A stretch of DNA of 64,000 nucleotides from a virus (taxonomy: Duplodnaviria; Caudoviricetes), in the IMG/VR virus record IMGVR_UViG_3300034691_000044, positions 1-64,000 of that record, one strand, 5' to 3'. Shown here piece by piece: positions 54,831 to 63,716 of the stretch. The translations under genes and the position numbers were made by a program. Every line of letters begins with the position of its first letter. Within the stretch, counting starts at the first letter, position 1. The notes below the pieces were generated by a model that saw nothing but the letters and a program-made list of their open reading frames with translations, searched no databases and was not told where the DNA came from.

Positions 54831-56113
54831 TACCAAATCCCCATGCGAATACGCAGGCGGTTATACTGGTCAAAGATTCGAATCAGCGTACTGGTGATAA
54901 CCATGCGCCCTGCACCGCCTGCGCCGTTGATATATACATTACCATCAGCAGCCAACGACCAACCAGAGGTTTCAGCCACATAGTTAGTGGATTGCGCCTG
55001 GCGAGCAACAAGTGTGTCCACCGCCAAGTATTGAGCCTGAATCTTGCCATTGGCAACAACAAAGCTACCGGATTCATCACGGAGCTTGCTGAATACCAAT
55101 TTGTTGATAGCCGCATCATCGATATAGACGACATTGTTATCAATGATAAAAGGTTTTCGCTTGTTGGCACCAGTGCGGCCAATCCAGAACTGATCAACAT
55201 CGAAGCCGGCTTCTACTGTAGTGCCATCGTTATAAACAGCAAAGCCGCCGATCAGCCCATTTACGTTCACTTGTGCTGTGTACAGGGCACCAATAGCGAC
55301 AACTTTGCCGTCGACCACATCAATCTTGGTCTGCATTGTTTGCAGCACCTGGGCCAAGTCCTCACCTACCTGAGACTCCAAGGTGGTCAACTGCTGTGCC
55401 AAAGTCTGCACTTGGTTGGACAGGGCCGTTTGTTGTATTTGAATAGAGGCAATGTTGCCATTCACCTCAGACCACAGGGTGTTAACTGTGGATACGAAGG
55501 CGCTGCCTTGTTCGGTACGTGCCAGCACCTCTTGTTGCAGCAGTGCCCGCGTTTCGCCTGAATAGGCACCTACTGTGGTGATTTCTGCCGCGAGGGCTTC
55601 ATCTTCAACTGCGCGATCAAGAACCTCTTGTGTAATACCCAAGGCGTTCATTTCAATACGCGCAATCTCATTCTTGAGGGCCGGAGCCAAAACACCATTA
55701 TCGATCTGACCTGTCAAATCTTCAATCATTTGTTCGATGCGAGGCTTCGCAACTGCCCAGGTAGGGCCGATCAATTGAGATTTGGTGCCATAAATAGACG
55801 TGAGCATGATCCAGTAGTAGTACCGGGTTGCTACAGCATCTTCGACAGCATCGTAAAAGAAATTGCCGGAGGCAGCTGCAATACGCACAGTAGACGCATT
55901 AAAGTCATCGCCAGTGCCACGATAAATAGTCGTGTACGCGACAGCCTCCGGATAGGTGTCTGGCCATGTCCAGTTCACATCGATACCGCCAAAGGCAGGT
56001 ACTGCCGTCAGCAGAATGTCAGATGTGTTTGGATCGCCAGGCTTCGGGCCAGTCCACTGACCCGTACCACAAACATAGCTACCATCTGCGGTGATTACAC
56101 AAACTTGGCTCAT
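54830..56113 (-). CDS. Tail protein with Fn3-like domain and J-like (DUF1983-type) C-terminus
   Basis: RYYYWI, coiled coil, VNGLIGGF, PFIIDNNVVYIDDAAI, NYVAETSGWSL..DG, RLRIRMGIW. Confidence 0.75.
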   Translation of the reverse strand: MSQVCVITADGSYVCGTGQWTGPKPGDPNTSDILLTAVPAFGGIDVNWTWPDTYPEAVAYTTIYRGTGDDFNASTVRIAAASGNFFYDAVEDAVATRYYYWIMLTSIYGTKSQLIGPTWAVAKPRIEQMIEDLTGQIDNGVLAPALKNEIARIEMNALGITQEVLDRAVEDEALAAEITTVGAYSGETRALLQQEVLARTEQGSAFVSTVNTLWSEVNGNIASIQIQQTALSNQVQTLAQQLTTLESQVGEDLAQVLQTMQTKIDVVDGKVVAIGALYTAQVNVNGLIGGFAVYNDGTTVEAGFDVDQFWIGRTGANKRKPFIIDNNVVYIDDAAINKLVFSKLRDESGSFVVANGKIQAQYLAVDTLVARQAQSTNYVAETSGWSLAADGNVYINGAGGAGRMVITSTLIRIFDQYNRLRIRMGIW

Positions 56114-56245
56114 AAAGCCCCCTTAACATAATTGACCGAGATTCTACACCCCTTTTCCCTAGCAAACACCATCCGTCGTCCCGCCCAATCGAGTGAGCGT
56201 AGCGAACGAGTGCCGGGATGGGTAAGACGGTGGGGGTTTGCGTGC

Positions 56246-56274
56246 TTGACGCAGCTCTATTCCCGTAATACTCT
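56246..56274 (+). promoter_or_regulatory. sigma70-type promoter
   Basis: TTGACG-17 nt-TACTCT. Confidence 0.55.
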
Positions 56275-56280
56275 GCATCC

Positions 56281-56362
56281 ACGGTCAGCAGCAAAATCCT
56301 ATCTTTCTTCTTGAAAATCAGTGCTCTAGACCGAAACCCGCCACTACTCTGGCGGGTTTTTT
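56281..56362 (+). ncRNA. Candidate small RNA (~80 nt)
   Basis: Between the promoter and a strong terminator (AAACCCGCCA/TGGCGGGTTT plus T run); no ORF; ends pair (CGGTC..AGCA / TGCT..GACCG). Confidence 0.5.
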
Positions 56363-56607
56363 GTTGTCTATTTTTTATCTTTTTGGCCTCTCCCTCACCC
56401 GGCTCTCGTGCTCGCGTCGGGTCCGCTGCGCGGCCCTAGCGGCACTTCGCCGGCTCGGTCGAGTCCGTGGGTGGGTGTGGGGGATGAGGGGAGTCGCTCC
56501 CTCCGGGAGCCTTCATGATCGCATAGCGAATCGGGGAGGAGAGTCCCCTCTTATATATATATATATGGGTCCGTTTCGATTGACCAAAAATTAACCACAG
56601 GTGATCC

Positions 56608-57078
56608 ATGAATTTGCAGGATAGCTACCCATCGCTGGCCGCATCATTGGGCCAATCTGGAACGGATCGAGTGAACATGCATTTGCAGCGTGACTACAAG
56701 CCAAGCACCAACCGCGTGCGGTTTCTGCACAACCCACATCACCAGCGATTTGCCTTCTTCCGCTACGTGAACGACAACCCGCTGATCGACAATATCGTGA
56801 CCGGTGTCTGCACCTTGGATCATGGTTCCGGTGGCAACTTGTCACCAACGCGCCTGTTCGCAGTGCTCTCCTATATGGAGAACATCTCAAGCGAGCATCT
56901 GGCCAGCGTACTACGCCTATCTGACCGACAAGCACGCCGGTACATGGCAGCAGCAAAGCTGGTCATCCTCCGTATGACAAAGCACCTAGAGCCGCGCTCA
57001 CTGGTACGTCATGAACCATCGTTGGCTGAACTACGCCAGCGCCACCAACTGAAGAAGGAAATCGCATGCCCAATATGA
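56608..57078 (+). CDS. Hypothetical protein with HTH-like segment
   Basis: ISSEHLASVLRLSDRQARRYMAA; AGGTGA RBS. Confidence 0.65.
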   Translation: MNLQDSYPSLAASLGQSGTDRVNMHLQRDYKPSTNRVRFLHNPHHQRFAFFRYVNDNPLIDNIVTGVCTLDHGSGGNLSPTRLFAVLSYMENISSEHLASVLRLSDRQARRYMAAAKLVILRMTKHLEPRSLVRHEPSLAELRQRHQLKKEIACPI

Positions 57079-57455
57079 TGCAAATTGCAGTACAAGAAGT
57101 GGATACCGTTTCCCGGCGCCTGTTTGAACTAGGTGCCGACGATTTAGCTGAAATGCTTAACGACCGTATGTTGACGCACCGAAATACCCCAGAACCTCCA
57201 AACGACAACGAGGCTCTGCGCTTGGCCGCAGATTACCCGGCGTACTGGAAAGCCCTTCCAGCTCATTGGGCAGCTATCGATACCTACCGTATCGACGACC
57301 TGTTCCCACTGTCTTCGTCCCGCCTATACCACACACGCAAGAAATTGCTGGTGCCCGGGTGCCGCACGGGAGGCAAAACTGTCTACCAAGACCTCAAAGA
57401 AGCCCATCGCACCCTTGGGGCGTGGCTGGCTGAACAACCGGAGCACAACGCATGA
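57066..57455 (+). CDS. Conserved phage protein
   Basis: D.YR...LF...H..KKLL.PG.R.GGK...QDL.EA motif. Confidence 0.7.
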   Translation: MPNMMQIAVQEVDTVSRRLFELGADDLAEMLNDRMLTHRNTPEPPNDNEALRLAADYPAYWKALPAHWAAIDTYRIDDLFPLSSSRLYHTRKKLLVPGCRTGGKTVYQDLKEAHRTLGAWLAEQPEHNA

Positions 57456-58435
57456 AGTACACCAATAACACTGGTTTGTCGCTGTTCGCCCAGGTTTACC
57501 TGGCACATGAAACGTATGACCGGGAAGAGGCCGGCTTGTCGGTAACAGCACTGCTGAAACCAGTAAAGCAAATCATCCTGGCCCGTCGAGTGCCCGAGGG
57601 CATGGCGTCCACCGATGTGGCTGATCTAGCTGCGTCCAGCAATGGCACCGCGATCCACGACGCTTTCGAGGCGGCATGGAAATCGCCCAAGCTGGTAGAC
57701 ACACTTATTCGCCTGGGTTACCCGAAGGGTGTGGCCAGCAAGGTGCGTGTGAACCCCTCTGCCGAGGAAGTAGCCGCAGGCGGGATCATTGCCGTCTACA
57801 CGGAGATCCGCAGCGCTAAGACGGTCCTGGGCGTCCGCGTGACCGGCAAGTTCGACTTCATCGGCGACGGTGCCGTCGAGGACTTGAAGAACACCTCGGT
57901 GTGGAAATTCCTGAACGCCGACTTCGAGCATTACATCTTGCAGGGCAGCATGTATCGGTGGTTGAATCCGACCTTGGTCACCAAGGACTGGATGAACCTG
58001 ACGTTCCAGTTCACCGACTGGAATGGCCGGGACCGCAACATGAATCCTGACAACTACCCACCGGCCCGCATGCATACTCGCAAGCTCCAGCTTATGAGCT
58101 ATGAAGAGACGGATAAGTGGGTGGAACGCAAGGTTCAGCAGCTGATCGACCTTGAACATGCAGATGAGGAGCAAATGCCTCAATGCACCGACAAGGAGCT
58201 GTGGCGCAAGGAAGACACGTACCGGTGGTTCGCCAAACCAGAAAAAGCACATGAGCCTGGTGCTCGTTCCTCCAAAAACTTCACCGACAAAGCTGAAGCT
58301 GACCTGCACGTTGCTACCAAAGGCGGCGTCCTCGTTACCAAGCGAGGCGGTGTAACTGGCTGCAAATATTGCAATGCATTCCTCGCTTGCAAGCAAAAGG
58401 ATTCGCTGATTGCAGCCGGCGACTTAATCCTGTAA
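57452..58435 (+). CDS. PD-(D/E)XK/Cas4-like exonuclease (N4 gp42)
   Basis: SVT.LLKP.KQ, GTAIHD.FE, TGKFDFI.DG.VEDLK.TS, QGS.Y.WL, CKYC....C. Confidence 0.82.
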   Translation: MKYTNNTGLSLFAQVYLAHETYDREEAGLSVTALLKPVKQIILARRVPEGMASTDVADLAASSNGTAIHDAFEAAWKSPKLVDTLIRLGYPKGVASKVRVNPSAEEVAAGGIIAVYTEIRSAKTVLGVRVTGKFDFIGDGAVEDLKNTSVWKFLNADFEHYILQGSMYRWLNPTLVTKDWMNLTFQFTDWNGRDRNMNPDNYPPARMHTRKLQLMSYEETDKWVERKVQQLIDLEHADEEQMPQCTDKELWRKEDTYRWFAKPEKAHEPGARSSKNFTDKAEADLHVATKGGVLVTKRGGVTGCKYCNAFLACKQKDSLIAAGDLIL

Positions 58436-58453
58436 CAGAACCCGGAGAATACG

Positions 58454-60610
58454 ATGATTGCTGTAGAAGACATGCCCTATAACCCTGACGTTGAAGACGT
58501 TGTACGAATTCTGTGTGAAAAGACACAGAGTTCGAACCATCTGTTCTTCCGGGTACTGACCACGTTCCATCTGTGCATGATTGCTTCGCAGATGCGAGTG
58601 CTGATCCGCACACACGACCGCGGTGACATCCCGGTCAACATGTACGCCCTGAACCTGGCAACATCTGGCGCCGGTAAGGGTTTCTCCACGAACATTCTGG
58701 AAAAGGAAATCACCAACCGATTCCGCGAACAGTTCCTGGAAAACTTCCCGTACATCGCCGAACCAAACCTGGAGAAGCTGGCGCTCAAGCGTTCCAGCCG
58801 TGACCAGACGGATTACGACTTTGAACTGGAAAAGACCAAGAAGGAATTCGCTTCCCTTGGTCCTCTGGTGTACAGCTTCGACTCTGGCACCCCAGCAGCC
58901 GTAAAGCAGATGCGCCACAAGCTACTGCTTGCAGACTCAGGTGCATTGAACCTGATCATCGACGAAATCGGGTCTAACCTGACTTCGGCAAGCGAAGTGC
59001 TGACCACGTTCTTGGAGTTGTACGACATTGGTGGCATTCGTCAGAAAATCACCAAAGTCACTGCCGAGAACGTCCGCCACGAGGAAATCAATGGCAACAC
59101 GCCAACGAACCTCATGATGTTCGGCACACCGTCCAAGCTGCTTGACGGTGGCAAGATCGAAGAAGAACTGATGTCGTTGCTGGATACCGGCTATGCACGT
59201 CGTTCATTCTTCAGCTTTGGCAAAGAAAGCACACGCGATCTCTCGTTGTCTGCCAATGAGATCTACGACCGTATGACGAATAAAACTTCGTCCGTGTTTG
59301 TCGATGATTTCAGCGAACGCCTGGGTTACCTGGCTGACGCACACAACATGAACACAGTCTTGACTATGTCCAAGGAAACCAGCTTGCTGGTGATCCAGTA
59401 CAAGATTGACTGTGAGCGCATTGCCGAAGCACTGCCGGAACATGAAGAACAACGCAAAGCGGAAATTTCTCATCGCTACTTCAAGGCTTTGAAAGCAGCC
59501 GGTGCATATGCATTCATCAGCGGTTCCCCGGAACTGTTGCCAGAGCATTTCTACCAAGCTGTGAAGCTGGCTGAAGAAAGCGGTAAGGCTTTCGAGCTTC
59601 TGCTGTCTCGTGAGCGGCCATATGTCAAATTGGCCCGATACCTCGGTAACTGCGGAGCAGAAGTCACCGAGCCCGACCTGATGCAGGATTTGCCTTATTA
59701 CAAGGGAAGTCAGGCTATCCGGGCGGATATGGTCAAGATGGCAATTGCCTGGGGCTACAAGAACAACATCGTCATCAAAAAGGCGTTCACCGACGGGATC
59801 GAATTTATCCGTGGCGAATGCTTGCAGGTCACTGACCTGACGAAGATGATTGTGTCGTATGCCCGCGGCAACCCCGGCGAACACCCGGCACAGGGCTACC
59901 TCAACAAAACTGTGCCGTGGCTCATGCTGGAACGTCTGGTAACAGGAGGCGATCTGCATTGGCTCAACCACCATGTACATGGTGGCCATCGCACCGAAGA
60001 TACGTGCATCCCTGCGTTCAACATGATCGTGTTGGACATCGACGGGACCATGAATCTGGCTACGGCGAAGATGCTGCTGAAAGATTACGCAGCCATCTAC
60101 TACACGACCAAACGTCACACGGAAGCGGAAAACCGCTACCGTATCCTGCTTCCGACGAACTACGTCCTGAAAATGGATGCGAAGGAATACAAGGAGTTCA
60201 TGAAGAACGTGCTGGAGTCTCTGCCGTTCCAAGTGGACGAATCGTGTACGCACCGCAGCAAGAAGTGGATGTCCAACCCGGGTGATTTTGAGCAAACCGA
60301 AGGTGAACTGTTTGACGTACTCCCGTTCATCCCGAAAACCAGCAAAAACCAGGAACGTCAGGATCGCCTGGGCACCCAGCAACAAATGGACAACCTGGAA
60401 CGCTGGATCATCAACAATACTGGCGATGGCAACCGCAACGTTATGTTGCACCGCTATGCCCGTCTGCTGATCGAAGCCGGCAAGAACTGGGCGGAAATCA
60501 AAGACCTCGTGTCGTCTCTCAACGATAAGTTGGCAGACAAACTCACCGAGGGCGAGATTCTTGGCTCAATCATGGTCACTGTTGGCAAAGAGCTGGCAGC
60601 ACGTCCTTAA
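58454..60610 (+). CDS. Primase/helicase-like protein (N4 gp43)
   Basis: SGAGKG Walker A, IIDEIG, LDIDG, TTKRH, GNRN..L C-terminal domain. Confidence 0.88.
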   Translation: MIAVEDMPYNPDVEDVVRILCEKTQSSNHLFFRVLTTFHLCMIASQMRVLIRTHDRGDIPVNMYALNLATSGAGKGFSTNILEKEITNRFREQFLENFPYIAEPNLEKLALKRSSRDQTDYDFELEKTKKEFASLGPLVYSFDSGTPAAVKQMRHKLLLADSGALNLIIDEIGSNLTSASEVLTTFLELYDIGGIRQKITKVTAENVRHEEINGNTPTNLMMFGTPSKLLDGGKIEEELMSLLDTGYARRSFFSFGKESTRDLSLSANEIYDRMTNKTSSVFVDDFSERLGYLADAHNMNTVLTMSKETSLLVIQYKIDCERIAEALPEHEEQRKAEISHRYFKALKAAGAYAFISGSPELLPEHFYQAVKLAEESGKAFELLLSRERPYVKLARYLGNCGAEVTEPDLMQDLPYYKGSQAIRADMVKMAIAWGYKNNIVIKKAFTDGIEFIRGECLQVTDLTKMIVSYARGNPGEHPAQGYLNKTVPWLMLERLVTGGDLHWLNHHVHGGHRTEDTCIPAFNMIVLDIDGTMNLATAKMLLKDYAAIYYTTKRHTEAENRYRILLPTNYVLKMDAKEYKEFMKNVLESLPFQVDESCTHRSKKWMSNPGDFEQTEGELFDVLPFIPKTSKNQERQDRLGTQQQMDNLERWIINNTGDGNRNVMLHRYARLLIEAGKNWAEIKDLVSSLNDKLADKLTEGEILGSIMVTVGKELAARP

Positions 60611-60620
60611 CTCTCACACT

Positions 60621-60640
60621 GGCCCCGTCCCGGGGCTTTT
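60621..60640 (+). terminator. Terminator
   Basis: GCCCCG-TCC-CGGGGC-TTTT. Confidence 0.6.
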
Positions 60641-60664
60641 GTGATCTTACACCTGGAGTTTTTC

Positions 60665-61133
60665 ATGAATGAACATTTGGCACTTATTTGTGGCAAATCC
60701 GGCAGCGGCAAATCAGCTTCTCTGCGGAATCTGCGTGATCCTGAGTCAGTTCTCTATCTGAACTGCGAAGCCGGCAAACGCCTGCCGTTCCCCGCCAAGT
60801 TCGTGCAGCGAACGGTGACCAACCCGCTTCAAGTCCGCGATGCTTTCGCCTGGGCTGAAAAGCAAGACCACATCAAAGTCATCGTCGTCGATACCTTGAC
60901 TTTCTGGCTTGATATGTACATCAGCCAGTTCGTTAAACCGGCAACTGACGGGCGCGCAGCCTGGGGCAACTTTGCTGAGTTTTTCAAGGCAACCATGCAG
61001 GTTGACGTTGCGAAGTCCACGAAGAAGGTGATCTTCCTCGCGCACACGCTCGACGTGTACAACGAAACCGCCATGGTCATGGAAACGGCAATCCCTGTCG
61101 CCGGTTCGCTCAAGAACCAAGGCATCGAAGCGT
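60665..61133 (+). CDS. Sak4-like AAA ATPase (N4 gp44-like), exon 1
   Basis: GKSGSGKS, YLNCEAGKRLPF, IVVDTLTF; interrupted at GIEA|Y by a group I intron. Confidence 0.88.
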
Positions 61134-61919
61134 TGAGAATTGGCGCCCTCTGTCAGTAATGACAGTTGAATAACTTCTCTAATTGCTGGAATCTCTGCCA
61201 AGGTGTGCTAGCATACTTAAACAGACAATCAGCAGCGAAGCAAAAATGGATAAGCGATTAGTGACACAAGCTGAGTTGGCGGAACGCCTCTCTTACAACC
61301 CTGAGACAGGGCATTTAACCTGGATAGCTAAAGGGACTTCACGCAAAGTTGTTGTAGGTAGTAGGGCAGGTTCCGTTTCTAAACGGGGTCATCGCGTTAT
61401 TAACTTAAACGGCTTTCTTTATGCGGAGCACCACATAATCTGGCGTTTACACACAGGGCATTGGCCTATAGGCAACATTGATCACATCGATCACGATGAA
61501 CAGAACAATTGTTTTGTAAATCTGCGAGATGTATCAAAGGCCGTAAACAACAGGAATCAATCCAAGCGCATCGACAATACAACCGGGCATCCGGGAGTTT
61601 GGGTCAGTAAGCGCAACGGGGCGAAGCAATTCATGGCAGATGTGTTCCACGACGGGATTCGTGTTCATCGCTCATCTCATTATTCACTTGACGAGGCTAT
61701 TGCCGCAAGGCAAGCCAAGTTAATTGAGTTCGGTTTCCATTCCAATCATGGGATAGATAAACCGGTTTGAACGTTCAACGACTAGCCTTCGGGCGTAGGG
61801 CCAAGTGGCTCGAAACGGGAAGCACCCTAAAGGGGTGATGATATAGTCTGCTCTGCATGGTGACATGCAGCTGGATTAACTATCCGGGCTACGCTTAACG
61901 ACCGTAGCTGAACATTAGG
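61134..61919 (+). mobile_element. Group I self-splicing intron (IA2-like, with P7.1/P7.2), 786 nt
   Basis: P AATTGCTGGAA (61181), Q AATCAGCAGC (~61227), R GTTCAACGACTA (61773), S GATGATATAGTC (61837); exon U paired to IGS G in P1; terminal G at 61919; splicing restores the frame. Confidence 0.92.
61246..61770 (+). CDS. Intron-encoded HNH-AP2 homing endonuclease
   Basis: L.YNPETG.L.W, EHHIIW, IDHIDHD..NN.F.NLR.V....N..N, NTTGHPGV, EAI.AR. Confidence 0.88.
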   Translation: MDKRLVTQAELAERLSYNPETGHLTWIAKGTSRKVVVGSRAGSVSKRGHRVINLNGFLYAEHHIIWRLHTGHWPIGNIDHIDHDEQNNCFVNLRDVSKAVNNRNQSKRIDNTTGHPGVWVSKRNGAKQFMADVFHDGIRVHRSSHYSLDEAIAARQAKLIEFGFHSNHGIDKPV

Positions 61920-62164
61920 ATTTCTCCCTGGTGCTCATGTGCCAGAAGGTGAAGATCGACGACTTGGTTGAAGGCAGCGATTTGCTGAAAATCACCGACA
62001 AAGAACGTAACGTCGGGTTCAAACACGTCTATCAGACGGAAGTCACGAAGGACACGCTCAATACGCGCATCCGTGGCCCAATGATGATGTGGGCGGACAA
62101 CGAAGTCTTCATCGACAACGACATCCAGCTGGTTCTCGACCGGATGGATCAATACTATAACTGA
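61920..62164 (+). CDS. Sak4-like AAA ATPase, exon 2
   Basis: (Y)FSLVLMCQKV...GFKHVYQT...RIRGPM...FIDND.QLV..R...YY; spliced product 237 aa. Confidence 0.88.
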
Positions 62165-62166
62165 GC

Positions 62167-62195
62167 TTGACTGTGTAGACTGCGGGCACTAGTCT
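62167..62195 (+). promoter_or_regulatory. sigma70-type promoter for the endonuclease gene
   Basis: TTGACT-17 nt-TAGTCT, overlapped by the inverted repeat TAGACT/AGTCTA. Confidence 0.55.
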
Positions 62196-62219
62196 AACCG
62201 CTTACTTAACGGAGGCACT

Positions 62220-62822
62220 ATGACTTTTGTACGTAAACCCGCAGGCGCCATGAGCATCTCCAGGAGAACAGCCGTTTACGGAGTAGGCATCAATGATGCC
62301 TATTACGTGAACCGGGACTGTCCTCTATACGCCCAGTGGAAAGCTGCCTTACAACGCGCTTGCTGTCCCAAGTGGCGGGCCAAGTACCCATGCTACGAAG
62401 GTGTGACTATTGACAATCGCTGGTTAAAATTCTCAGCTTTCCAGCAATGGGCAGACCTGCACAACTGGCAAGATAAGGCTTTGGATAAAGACCTGAAAGT
62501 GCCAGGCAATAAAGTGTATGGCCCTGACTTCTGTCTGTGGGTGCCACAACGTGTCAACTGCATGGTTTCACGGCCTTCTGTAAAGAAAACAGGATTACCC
62601 GTGGGGGTGGACGCCATAAAGAATCGCTTTATGGCCCGCACGCGCATTGACGGCAAAAACATCTACATAGGTTTATACGACACACCCGCTGAAGCGGCCA
62701 TTGCATTCAATGTGTTCAAAGCAAACTTAGTGCGAGAAGTTGCTCAGAAACAAGACACTGATGTAATGACTGCATTGTTGAATGTCGCAAACCTGATCGA
62801 AGCAGGCATCTTCTACACATAA
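62220..62822 (+). CDS. Free-standing HNH-like endonuclease (paralog C)
   Basis: VYGVGIND, W..F..F..W, LDKDLKVPGNKVYGPDFCLWV, LPVGV, YIGLYDTPAEA. Confidence 0.78.
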   Translation: MTFVRKPAGAMSISRRTAVYGVGINDAYYVNRDCPLYAQWKAALQRACCPKWRAKYPCYEGVTIDNRWLKFSAFQQWADLHNWQDKALDKDLKVPGNKVYGPDFCLWVPQRVNCMVSRPSVKKTGLPVGVDAIKNRFMARTRIDGKNIYIGLYDTPAEAAIAFNVFKANLVREVAQKQDTDVMTALLNVANLIEAGIFYT

Positions 62823-62883
62823 GGGCCACCTCCGGTGGCATTTGTGATTTTTAAACACTTCCCTTCCATACTGGAGCAACATC

Positions 62884-63672
62884 ATGAGTCTGAACCCTTT
62901 TGCCAACACCGTTAATACCACGAACGAACAGATCGAAACGGACAGTGACCGTCTCGGTGGTGGTTTCGTCTGGGACGGCGGTGCTTACCCTGTAACCATC
63001 CTGGCTGCATACGCTGGCAAGTCCAAAGGCGGCGCCGGTAGCATGTCTTTCGAAGTCCAAGGCGACGACGGCCGCAAGTTCAAGTTCACCGAGTGGGTAA
63101 CCTCCGGCGATGCCAAAGGCAACAAGCCGTACTACGAACGCGACGGTAAGAAGTCCTACCTGCCTGGTTTCAACAACGTCAACGCGATCTCGATGTTCTG
63201 CGCGAAGAAAGAGCTGAACGCTCTGGCTTTCGAAACGAAAATCCTGAAACTGCGCGACTACGAGCAGAAGAAAGACGTTCCGACCGAAGTGCCAATGGCG
63301 GTCGAGCTGATCGGCAAAAAGTTCATCTTGGGCCTGGAAAAGCACGAAGTGAACAAGACCATCAAGGTCGGCAACGAATACCTGCCAGTTCACAAAGCTG
63401 GCGAGCCTGGCGTACCGGACACCAAGTTCGAAAACCAGATTGGCAAGATCTTCTTCGCCGACAACAATGCGACCATCGCCGAGCTGCGCGAAGCCAAGCA
63501 GAAAGGCCAGCCTGTCGCTGCTGACTTCTACCCGAAATGGGTCGAAGCCAACACCGGTAAAGTCGTGAACAAAGTCAAGGCTGACAAGCTGGTTGCGCCT
63601 GCTGGTGCCGGTGGGCCTGCTGGCACGCCTACCACTGCTGGTGGCGAAGCTGTCGACTCCCTGTTCGACTGA
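62884..63672 (+). CDS. Single-stranded DNA-binding protein (N4 gp45 SSB family)
   Basis: D.LGGG, KSKGGA, GNKPYYERDGKKSYLPGF, C-terminal SLFD. Confidence 0.88.
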   Translation: MSLNPFANTVNTTNEQIETDSDRLGGGFVWDGGAYPVTILAAYAGKSKGGAGSMSFEVQGDDGRKFKFTEWVTSGDAKGNKPYYERDGKKSYLPGFNNVNAISMFCAKKELNALAFETKILKLRDYEQKKDVPTEVPMAVELIGKKFILGLEKHEVNKTIKVGNEYLPVHKAGEPGVPDTKFENQIGKIFFADNNATIAELREAKQKGQPVAADFYPKWVEANTGKVVNKVKADKLVAPAGAGGPAGTPTTAGGEAVDSLFD

Positions 63673-63716
63673 ACACCCCCATGGGTCGGGTAACCGACCC
63701 TTCTCAGGAGCTGTAC

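Noticed and set aside
38977-60451. Long minus-strand ORFs 38977-39993, 57626-58396 and 59204-60451
   Set aside because: Antisense shadows of the AAA, nuclease and primase genes.
61785-61794. GCCTTCGGGC and similar CCCTTCGGGG hairpins (e.g. 20729, 26797) as extra vRNAP promoters
   Set aside because: These are better read as UUCG tetraloop RNA hairpins; the one at 61785 is intron P7.1.
60641-62164. AAA gene as a pseudogene or two separate genes
   Set aside because: Explained by a group I intron whose removal restores the reading frame.
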